DNA of 41,656 bases from an uncultured Methanomassiliicoccales archaeon (lineage in GTDB: Archaea > Thermoplasmatota > Thermoplasmata > RBG-16-68-12 > CAYFXO01). Location: assembly GCA_964347125.1 (NCBI GenBank), contig CAYFXO010000005.1, forward strand, positions 1-41,656, written 5' to 3'. Every line of letters begins with the position of its first letter. Within the stretch, counting starts at the first letter, position 1. Below are positions 30,958 to 38,749 of the stretch, piece after piece. The position numbers and the translations under genes are program-made. The notes under the pieces are model-generated. The model ran no database searches. It was given only the letters and a program-made list of their open reading frames with translations, and had not been told where the DNA came from.

Positions 30958-33900
30958 ATGGCGGGGCGCAGCAAGTGGAAGGAGCGCTACCGGGCGTACG
31001 CGAAGGTCTTCAAGCAGAACTGGGAGCTCTACAAAGCGAGCCGCATCGGGCTCGTGGGCATCGCCATCATCATCTTCTTCCTCCTCATGGCCCTCTCTGC
31101 CCCGTACCTAGGCTTGCGTGACCCCATTGGGTGGTTCGCCCCCGACGAGGACATTATCGCGGTGGACCAGTACCACCCCCCAGGCATCGATACGGGAGTG
31201 CCCCCCTACAACGTCCGCACCACCCCTATCACCGAAGAGATCACCTTCCGCCTCCGACCGAAGTCGGAGGAGCCTCGTACGGACCGTGTCTATGTCACCA
31301 CGGACGACCACATCTACGCCATCCGTCCCATCACGGGCATCCAGAACTGGCTCTTCCCCGGTAATTTCACCGCCGACGGGACGATCACGACCCCCGTCGT
31401 GGTGATCAACTTCGGCCACCACACGGAGCCGGACAAGGCCGACTTCGTCCTGTACTTCGGCACGGAACAGGGCACCCTCTACGCCCTGAACGACTCGAAC
31501 ACCCAGATCGGGAACGTCCCCGTGGGGCAGAACGCCTTCTCCGTCGCCTTGGACGGGAGCCCCGTGGAGTCTGTGGCGGCCTACTCCTTGGACATTGAGG
31601 CGGGGCGGCGGGGGAGCGTCCGCATCGAACAGGACAACACTCCTGACTTGGATGGCGTCGACACTCCCTTTGCTGTCGACCTAGGCGGGTCCTTCCAGAT
31701 CTACTATTCCGGCAACAACTCGGAGGAGGACAGGTGGGGCATTCTGAGCCTGAGTTCCCGGGACGGGTTGAGATTCGTGCGTGGCGGCTCGAAGGGAGCA
31801 AACGATGTGTTCAGTACCCCGAGCCTCTGGGATGGGGAGGGGGAGATGGATCCGTACGTCTTCCAGGATTCGCTCGGTAGCTGGCTGATGTACTACGTTG
31901 GATTCGATGGTTCGGCGTACCGCATTCTCCGGGCCACATCCCCGGATAGGCTCGACTGGACGAAAGCCGCTACCCCCGTCCTATCGTCCTCACGGCCCGA
32001 GGACGCCGCAGGCATGCGCCGCCCCTGGCTCGTCCGCGAGCCCGGGCTCTGGACCCTGCTGTATGCCGGATATGACGGGACGATGTGGAGACTCCTTAGC
32101 GCGACATCAACGGATGACGGGGCGAATTGGTCCGGCCCCTCGGTCGTCCTGGATGACGCCCGCCACCCGACGGTCTACGAACCGGAACCGGGTTCTGGGA
32201 ACTACACAATGGTCTATACGGCCAACGTCTCCGGCGCGCCCCGCCTCTTCGAGACCACCTCGATGGACCCGGGGGTTTGGTCTCCCGGCGTCGAGATCGT
32301 GGGTCCGGGAGACGCCCTTCGCCTCGTGGACACGGGTCACCCAATCTTCGACCCCCTCAGTCTGGAGGCCCAGATCTCTCAAGGGGCCCAGAGCCCGATG
32401 GTGCTTCCCCTGGAGGACGGGAGTTTCCGCATGTACTACGTCTCCCCCTACTTCGAGCAGCGGGCAGGGGGAGAGGACATGGCCGCCATCGTGACCCAGA
32501 CCTCCCCAGACGGTCTCATGTGGATTCGCGAGCACAAGGACCTCTACGTGGCGACCACGCAAGCGGGCTGGGTGTATGCATTCTCCGCGGTAGACAACCA
32601 ACTCCTGTGGCAACGGAAGATCAGCGACCTACCCACCCGGGTGTCCGGCACCCCCCTCATCCCCGCGAATGACCCCACCTACTCCTCGGCCTTCGACCGG
32701 GACGGCGCCATCGTCGTGGTGGGGACCCAAGACGGGGAGATTCATGGGCTCCGGACGAGGGACGGCGTGCTCGCCTGGGAGGACCCCTTCCACCTGGGCC
32801 TGCCCGAAGGAGGGACCTGGTGGACGCCCCCTGTCGTAGCGGAGCAGTCCGCCATACCCATCGCGAACGGGACAGACTTCACCGACGTGGCGTACGCAGC
32901 TTCCAGCGATGGATGGCTATACGCGGTCTTCGTCAAGGACGGGCAGCTGATCCCCCATTGGAAGGACTCCGCATCGGGGTGGGAGCGAGAGATCGGCATC
33001 CCCGTCCGGGATGCGGGAGGGGACCTCGACTTGGGGAACCTGTCCGCCCCATCCGTGCGCGGGACCACCCTCTACGTAGGGTCGTCCACGGGGCGAGCCT
33101 ACGCCCTCTACCGTGACAATGTGGGCCTCACCATCAAGGCGGGAGACACGAAATGGGAATTCGGAGACGAGGCCCTCCGGGACAAGAACGCCACGTTCGC
33201 CATCCGTCCCACGAACTGGAACCCGCTAGACTTGGTCTTCTTCGTCGCGAACCACGACAACGGGACCGAGAACGACCCCACGGACGACCGGTCCGCGGTG
33301 TACAGCATCGCCTTGGACGGCGAAATCTCGTGGAAACAGAACTTCGAGGGCCACGTCGCCGGGCCTGTCATCGTCTGGCGCTCTGAGGAGCCCGTGTCGG
33401 GCACCCAGGGGCAGCTCCAGCCCGCCGTCTGGTTCGGGACGGACCACGGCATCGTATACGCGTACTCCGCGGCGGGGAAGGTCATCGCACCACTTCCGCC
33501 CACCTGGCTCCGCCCGGTGCAGAGTGGCAACGTCTACTGGCTCGGGACGGACGATCGGGGGCGGGACCTGTTCAGCCAGCTCATGTACGGCGCGCAGATC
33601 GCCCTCATCGTCGGCTTCCTGGCGGCCTTCTTCTCGATCTCCATCGGCGTCATCATCGGCCTCGTGGCCGGCTACTCCGGCGGGCGGGTGGAGTCCATCC
33701 TCATGCGGTTCACCGACGTCATCCTCGTCCTGCCCGGCCTCCCGTTGGTCATCATCCTGGCCGCCGTCCTCGGCGCGAACATCTGGAACATCATCTTCGT
33801 CATCGCCATCGTCGGGTGGCCCGGGGTCGCCCGCGTCATCCGCGCCGAGGTCCTCTCCCTCAAGGAGCGGCCCTTCATCGATTCCGCCCGGGTCACGGGC

Positions 33901-34206
33901 GCGAGCAACATCCGGATCATGTTCCGGCACGTGGCCCCGAACATCCTCCCCCTCGCGTTCCTGTACATGACCTTCGCGGTGAGCGGGGCCATCCTCACGG
34001 AGGCGGCCCTGAGCTTCATCGGGCTCGGGGACGTGAACACCCCCTCCTGGGGCCAGATGCTGGAGGCCATCCAGCGGGCCAATGTGTTGGGGTCGTGGTG
34101 GTGGCTCCTTCCACCGGGGCTGGGCATCACGTTCCTGTCCCTGGCCTTCTACCTCGTCGGGCGCGGCTACGAGCAGATCGTCAACCCGCGGCTGAGGGCA
34201 CGGTGA
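30958..34206 (+). CDS. ABC transporter permease (DppC/OppC-type) with a ~805-aa extracytoplasmic beta-propeller insertion
   Basis: OppC-type N-terminal helix RIGLVGIAIIIFFLLMALSAPYLGLRDP. The canonical continuation NVYWLGTDDRGRDLFSQLMYGAQIAL appears only ~800 aa later. The permease core has SARVTGASNIRIMFRHVAPN. 1082 aa, versus ~280-300 typical. Confidence 0.9.
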   Translation: MAGRSKWKERYRAYAKVFKQNWELYKASRIGLVGIAIIIFFLLMALSAPYLGLRDPIGWFAPDEDIIAVDQYHPPGIDTGVPPYNVRTTPITEEITFRLRPKSEEPRTDRVYVTTDDHIYAIRPITGIQNWLFPGNFTADGTITTPVVVINFGHHTEPDKADFVLYFGTEQGTLYALNDSNTQIGNVPVGQNAFSVALDGSPVESVAAYSLDIEAGRRGSVRIEQDNTPDLDGVDTPFAVDLGGSFQIYYSGNNSEEDRWGILSLSSRDGLRFVRGGSKGANDVFSTPSLWDGEGEMDPYVFQDSLGSWLMYYVGFDGSAYRILRATSPDRLDWTKAATPVLSSSRPEDAAGMRRPWLVREPGLWTLLYAGYDGTMWRLLSATSTDDGANWSGPSVVLDDARHPTVYEPEPGSGNYTMVYTANVSGAPRLFETTSMDPGVWSPGVEIVGPGDALRLVDTGHPIFDPLSLEAQISQGAQSPMVLPLEDGSFRMYYVSPYFEQRAGGEDMAAIVTQTSPDGLMWIREHKDLYVATTQAGWVYAFSAVDNQLLWQRKISDLPTRVSGTPLIPANDPTYSSAFDRDGAIVVVGTQDGEIHGLRTRDGVLAWEDPFHLGLPEGGTWWTPPVVAEQSAIPIANGTDFTDVAYAASSDGWLYAVFVKDGQLIPHWKDSASGWEREIGIPVRDAGGDLDLGNLSAPSVRGTTLYVGSSTGRAYALYRDNVGLTIKAGDTKWEFGDEALRDKNATFAIRPTNWNPLDLVFFVANHDNGTENDPTDDRSAVYSIALDGEISWKQNFEGHVAGPVIVWRSEEPVSGTQGQLQPAVWFGTDHGIVYAYSAAGKVIAPLPPTWLRPVQSGNVYWLGTDDRGRDLFSQLMYGAQIALIVGFLAAFFSISIGVIIGLVAGYSGGRVESILMRFTDVILVLPGLPLVIILAAVLGANIWNIIFVIAIVGWPGVARVIRAEVLSLKERPFIDSARVTGASNIRIMFRHVAPNILPLAFLYMTFAVSGAILTEAALSFIGLGDVNTPSWGQMLEAIQRANVLGSWWWLLPPGLGITFLSLAFYLVGRGYEQIVNPRLRAR

Positions 34207-35510
34207 GTCCCGTGGCCATGCTGGATGTGAGGAACCTGAAGACGTACTTCCGCATCCTCAAGGGGAGCGTGAAGGCCGTGGACGGGGTGACCTTCACCCT
34301 GGACCGGGGGGAGACCATGGGCCTCGTGGGCGAGTCGGGGTGCGGGAAGACGACGACGGCGTTCGCCATCACCCGCCTCCTGCCCTCGAATGGGGACATC
34401 GTCGGCGGGGAGATCCGCTTCAACGACGTCGTCATCGGCCGGGCGGACCTGGCCACGGAGGTCAACGAGATCCTCAAGCAGGGGGACTGGCAGCGGCAGG
34501 TGCAGAAGGCCCTCGCCCGGAGCCAGGCCCGCCTCGAGGCGATGCAGGCCCTGGACGAGGAGGAGGACGTCGAGGCGGAGGTGATGGACACCGAGGACGT
34601 CCGGGAGCGGGAGGCCCGGGTCCTGGGGCTCCTGATGGAGGCCATGGCGACGGCGACGGAGGAGGATGGGGAGTCCCTGCGCCTCCGGCTCCAGCGCCTG
34701 GTGGACAAGGAGATCCGGTCGTGGTCGGGCCGCCGCCGCAAGAAGCGGATGGAGCGGGAGATCGAGGACCGAATGACGAACATCCGCTGGGACGAGATCT
34801 CCATGATCTTCCAGGGCGCCATGAACGCCTTCAATCCCGTCTACAAGGTGGGGGACCAGATCATGGAGGCGCTCCTCACCCACGAGGACATCTCGAAGGA
34901 GGACGCCCGGAAGCGGGTCGCGGAGCTCTTCGACCTCGTGGGGCTGGACGAGGCCCGCATCGAGGGGTACCCCCACGAGTTCAGCGGGGGCATGCGGCAG
35001 CGCGCCATCATCGCGATGTCCCTGGCCCTGACGCCCCAGCTCATCATCGCGGACGAGCCCACCACCGCCCTGGACGTGATCATGCAGGACCGCATCCTCG
35101 CGGAGATCCGGGACATCCAGCGGCGGATGGGGATGGCCATGATGATCATCACCCATGACATCTCCGTCGTGGCGGAGGTGGCGGAGAAGATCGCCATCAT
35201 GTACGCCGGGAAACTCGTGGAGATCGGCGGCATTGAGGAGGTGTTCGGCCGTCCCGCGAACCCCTACACCATCGGCCTCATGGCCGCCTTCCCCAGCATC
35301 AAGGGGGAGCGGGAGCGCCTCCAGGCCATCCCCGGCTCCCCGCCGGACCTGGCGAACCCGCCGTCCGGGTGCCGGTTTCACCCCCGCTGCCGCTACGCCA
35401 AGGACATCTGCAAGGTGGAGGAACCCGACCTTCTGGAGGTGCGGGAGAACCACCTGGCCGCGTGCCACTTCGCCAAGGAGATCTTTGCGGGGGAACTGGG
35501 GGAGACGTAG
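34203..35510 (+). CDS. ABC transporter ATP-binding protein (OppD/DppD-type) with a ~105-aa charged helical insertion
   Basis: GTG 34203 overlaps the permease stop (GTGA); GTG 34212 and ATG 34218 are alternatives. Walker A GESGCGKTT, signature FSGGMRQR, Walker B LIIADEPTTALD. The C-terminal oligopeptide-ATPase domain has NPYT ... GCRFHPRC. Confidence 0.9.
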   Translation: MSPVAMLDVRNLKTYFRILKGSVKAVDGVTFTLDRGETMGLVGESGCGKTTTAFAITRLLPSNGDIVGGEIRFNDVVIGRADLATEVNEILKQGDWQRQVQKALARSQARLEAMQALDEEEDVEAEVMDTEDVREREARVLGLLMEAMATATEEDGESLRLRLQRLVDKEIRSWSGRRRKKRMEREIEDRMTNIRWDEISMIFQGAMNAFNPVYKVGDQIMEALLTHEDISKEDARKRVAELFDLVGLDEARIEGYPHEFSGGMRQRAIIAMSLALTPQLIIADEPTTALDVIMQDRILAEIRDIQRRMGMAMMIITHDISVVAEVAEKIAIMYAGKLVEIGGIEEVFGRPANPYTIGLMAAFPSIKGERERLQAIPGSPPDLANPPSGCRFHPRCRYAKDICKVEEPDLLEVRENHLAACHFAKEIFAGELGET

Positions 35511-36716
35511 TTGGAAGCCGAGCTGCAGGCCCTGGGCGAGATCGAGCCTCCCTCCGCGGAGGTCGTCTGGGAGGTCGACAACCTAGTGAAGTGGTTCTCC
35601 GTGAGGGCGGGGTTCCTCAGCGCCATCATGGGGAAGGAGCTGTTTGTCCACGCCGTGGACGGGGTGAGCTTCGACATCCACAAGGGGGAGATCCTGGGCG
35701 TCGTGGGGGAGTCCGGGTGCGGGAAGACCACCACGGGTCGGCTCCTGGTCCGGCTGGAGACCCCCACCTCGGGGAAGATGGTCTTCGACGGGGAGGACAT
35801 CGGCGGCCTGAAGGGACGGGCCCTGAAGGACTTCCGACGGAACGTCCAGATGGTGTTCCAGGACCCCTACGAGAGCCTGAACCCGCGGTTCAACGTGTAC
35901 AACACGGTGGCGGAGCCCCTCGTCGTCCACCATGTGGGGGAGACCATCGAGGAGCAGGAGGAGATGGTCATCCAGGCCCTGGAGAACGCGGAGCTGAAGC
36001 CGGCGGACGACTTCATGTACCGCTACCCCCACGAACTCAGCGGGGGCCAACGGCAGCGCGTCGCCGTGGCCCGCGCCCTGGTCCTCCGACCCAAGTTCAT
36101 CGTGGCCGACGAGCCGGTGTCCATGCTGGACGTCTCCATCCGGGCGGGGATCATGAACCTCATGCTCCTCCTGCGGCAGCAGTACGAGATCCCCTTCATG
36201 TTCATCTCCCACGACGTCTCCGTGACCCGGTACATGAGCCACCGGATCGCGGTGATGTACCTGGGGAACATCGTGGAGCTTGCGCCCTCGGAGAAGGTCA
36301 TCAAGGACCCGAAGCACCCCTACACGGAGGCCCTCCTCTCCGCGGTGCCCGTGCCCGACCCCACGGCGAAACACGGGCGTGTCCAAATCCGCGGGGAGCT
36401 GCCGAGCCCCATCCACCTCCCCACCGGGTGCGCGTTCCACCCCCGCTGCCTCTACAGGCGGGAGATCTGCGAGGTCGTGAAGCCCGAGCTGAGGGAGGTG
36501 GAACCCGGCCACTGGGTCCAGTGCCACTTCGCCGAAGACCTGGACCTCCAGAGCCCCGACGACGTGGACGTCCGGGAGATCGGGTTCTGCGAGAAGTGTC
36601 GGGAGCCGGTGCTGAAGAGCATGCTCTCCGAAGTGTGTGAGTGCCCCAACAAGATCTACCATGAGGAGTGCGCCATCGAGCTGGCCCAGTGCCCCATCTG
36701 CCAGAAGACGTTCTAG
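35511..36716 (+). CDS. ABC transporter ATP-binding protein (OppF/DppF-type) with a C-terminal Cys/His zinc-binding extension
   Basis: TTG start directly after the TAG of the previous gene. Walker A GESGCGKTT, signature LSGGQRQR, Walker B FIVADEPVSMLD, then HPYT ... GCAFHPRC. A ~55-aa extension ends in CEKC..CEC..HEEC..CPIC. Confidence 0.88.
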   Translation: MEAELQALGEIEPPSAEVVWEVDNLVKWFSVRAGFLSAIMGKELFVHAVDGVSFDIHKGEILGVVGESGCGKTTTGRLLVRLETPTSGKMVFDGEDIGGLKGRALKDFRRNVQMVFQDPYESLNPRFNVYNTVAEPLVVHHVGETIEEQEEMVIQALENAELKPADDFMYRYPHELSGGQRQRVAVARALVLRPKFIVADEPVSMLDVSIRAGIMNLMLLLRQQYEIPFMFISHDVSVTRYMSHRIAVMYLGNIVELAPSEKVIKDPKHPYTEALLSAVPVPDPTAKHGRVQIRGELPSPIHLPTGCAFHPRCLYRREICEVVKPELREVEPGHWVQCHFAEDLDLQSPDDVDVREIGFCEKCREPVLKSMLSEVCECPNKIYHEECAIELAQCPICQKTF

Positions 36717-36724
36717 GTGATGGG

Positions 36725-37303
36725 ATGAACAAGCGGGCCGCTGCCCTGGCCGTCACGTTCCTCGTCGTGGGCGTCACCGCGGGCTTCTTCATGTACCGCA
36801 CGGCCACCAACTACGACGCCGCCACCGAGGCCATCCTCACCCTCAGCCCGAGCATGGTCCAGGTGGAGGAGGTGCGGATCCCGCCCATCACGTCGATGCA
36901 GGAGACCATCTCCGTGGAGGTGGCGTTCAACGTGACGAACCCCACCCGCCAGGCCATCCTCGTGTGGCCCATCTCCTTCAAGCTGTACAACGACGACGTG
37001 ACGGACCAGCGGCCCTTCCTCCACAAACTCCAGGACCGGCTCGTGAACCTGGGGATCGCCACGGCTCCCGAGGCGCCCTACCGGCTGGAGCCCGGGATCT
37101 CCGTCACCATGGAGGGGACGGTCCTCGTGGGGGGCATCGTGGGGCACATCGACGTGCTGAACGTCACGGACCCAGACGGGAACTACCACCCGTTCATCAC
37201 GGCCTCCATGCTCGCGGAGCTCGCCGACACCGGCATCAAGCGGGACATCGAGGGCATCCTGTACGTCTCGGGGCCGGAGGGGGTGCCGCCGTATGAGGGG
37301 TGA
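36725..37303 (+). CDS. Membrane-anchored beta-sandwich protein (possibly LEA_2/WHy-like), function unknown
   Basis: ATG 36725 (the track ORF starts earlier at 36668). TM helix AAALAVTFLVVGVTAGFFMY. ISVEVAFNVTNPTRQAILVWPISFKLYNDD resembles the LEA_2 NPN-type strand motif. Weak call. Confidence 0.6.
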   Translation: MNKRAAALAVTFLVVGVTAGFFMYRTATNYDAATEAILTLSPSMVQVEEVRIPPITSMQETISVEVAFNVTNPTRQAILVWPISFKLYNDDVTDQRPFLHKLQDRLVNLGIATAPEAPYRLEPGISVTMEGTVLVGGIVGHIDVLNVTDPDGNYHPFITASMLAELADTGIKRDIEGILYVSGPEGVPPYEG

Positions 37304-37829
37304 GTCCTGGAAGCTCTACCTGGGCGGCCTGCTCTGGGCGGGGGTGGGGGCGGTGGTCATCGCCTTCGTGTTCACGTCCGCGTTCATGCGGACCTTCACC
37401 CCGATTCCCATGGACGCCTTCAACGCCGTCGTCATCGGCCCCCTCTTCGTCGGCTTCGTGGTGGGGGCGCTCCTGACGGAGGCGGACATCCGCGGCATCG
37501 CCTACGCGGCCATCCTCACCGCGATCCTGTCCATGGCCCTCATCTACGTCATGATGTTCATCCCCATGATTACGGGGACCGCGACGAACATGCTCCAGCT
37601 CCCCATGACAGACTTCGAGCGCCAGGCGATCATCCTGTCCAGCGTCTTCCTCATCCCCCTGACCATCATGGGGACCATCCTCGGGAAGGCCTTCGGGGAG
37701 ATGGCCCTGCCCTCCGACGAAGAGGTGGAGCGTCGGCGCCTGATCCTGCGGGAGACGCGGGAGTGGCACGCCCTCCTCCGGGGCACGCCCCCCGGGAAGC
37801 GGGGCCGGCCCCGGGACGAGGAGGAGTAG
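37293..37829 (+). CDS. Integral membrane protein (4 predicted TM helices) with a charged C-terminal tail, function unknown
   Basis: Overlaps the previous gene by 11 nt. Hydrophobic segments LGGLLWAGVGAVVIAFVF, AVVIGPLFVGFVVGALL, AAILTAILSMALIYVMMFIPMI and AIILSSVFLIPLTIMGTIL. Confidence 0.7.
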   Translation: MRGESWKLYLGGLLWAGVGAVVIAFVFTSAFMRTFTPIPMDAFNAVVIGPLFVGFVVGALLTEADIRGIAYAAILTAILSMALIYVMMFIPMITGTATNMLQLPMTDFERQAIILSSVFLIPLTIMGTILGKAFGEMALPSDEEVERRRLILRETREWHALLRGTPPGKRGRPRDEEE

Positions 37830-37838
37830 GGGGGCGAG

Positions 37839-37911
37839 TGGGCCGAGGCGGAATCGAACCGCCGATCTCCGCCTTGTAAGGGCGGCGTCATGGCCCCTAG
37901 ACCATCGGCCC
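37839..37911 (-). tRNA. tRNA-Val(UAC): tRNA-Val (anticodon UAC)
   Basis: 73-nt cloverleaf folded by hand. Acceptor GGGCCGA/UCGGCCC, U8, D stem GUCU/UGAC (3 WC pairs plus U-U). Anticodon stem CCGCC/GGCGG with loop CUUACAA. T arm GGCGG-UUCGAUU-CCGCC. Discriminator A; no encoded CCA. Confidence 0.92.
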
Positions 37912-37919
37912 GGCGTCCC

Positions 37920-38711
37920 TCATCTTCGGCGCCGCTTTTCAGACTTCCCTCGCCGGCGGCTTCGGCGGGAGGGGACCCGGGGCAGGTCCGCCACCTGGCC
38001 CATGAAGGTCCCGTCCTCCAGGAACACCCGGGCCCCGTCGAGGTCCGCCACGTCGGGGCGCATCAGGGGGCCGCGGAGGCGCCGGCTCCTGGAGTTGACG
38101 GGGGCGCCGCCGAGGAGAGGGTTGAAGGCGGGGAGCTTGATGAGCTCCTCGGGGAGGCGGGGGTACCGGGGGTGCTCCTCCCGGAAGGCGGTCCGGATCC
38201 AGCACCGTTGGTGGGTGACCTTGCCCAGGGCGTCCTCGAAGGCGACGACGGGGTGGTTGTGACCCACGGCCAGGACTTCCGCCGCCATCACCTCCTCCGA
38301 AGGCCACCGGTGTCCGTGGGCGAAGCCGCAGTCCCCGTGGACGGCGCCCGTGGCGGGATGGAGGTCCACGCCATCCGGGACGAGGTCCCGCAGGCCGGCG
38401 TCGTGGTTCCCGGGGACGACGTGCACTTCCGCGAAGATGCCCTGAAGGCCCTCCAGGAACCGGGGGACCTCCCGCCGCTCCCACCGCGTGGAGTAGCCGA
38501 TGGTGTGCTTCAGGTCGCCGAGGATGAGGAGGGTCGTCGCGCCGCGGGCGCTCGCCAGGGACGTCAGTCGCTCCAGGAACTCGTCCACCACGCTGGGGAC
38601 GGCGGCCCCCGCGTGGATGAACTCCTTCTCCACGCCGATGTGGACATCGGCGATGGCCAGGGCGTCGTCGACCTGCAGGACGGGCTCCCCGAAGATGGGC
38701 TCGGGCGGCAC
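37920..38711 (-). CDS. Metallophosphoesterase (calcineurin-like, archaeal ICC/MJ0037-type)
   Basis: The real start is probably GTG at 38711, 39 nt after the stop of nnr; the track ORF extends to 39350 across nnr in another frame. Motifs occur in order: DVHIG, GDLKH, GNHD, HGH, GHNH. The C-terminal tail is basic. Confidence 0.8.
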   Translation of the reverse strand: MPPEPIFGEPVLQVDDALAIADVHIGVEKEFIHAGAAVPSVVDEFLERLTSLASARGATTLLILGDLKHTIGYSTRWERREVPRFLEGLQGIFAEVHVVPGNHDAGLRDLVPDGVDLHPATGAVHGDCGFAHGHRWPSEEVMAAEVLAVGHNHPVVAFEDALGKVTHQRCWIRTAFREEHPRYPRLPEELIKLPAFNPLLGGAPVNSRSRRLRGPLMRPDVADLDGARVFLEDGTFMGQVADLPRVPSRRSRRRGKSEKRRRR

Positions 38712-38749
38712 GGGAGGGCCACGAAGGGGTCGATAGAAAAACGTTGGCC

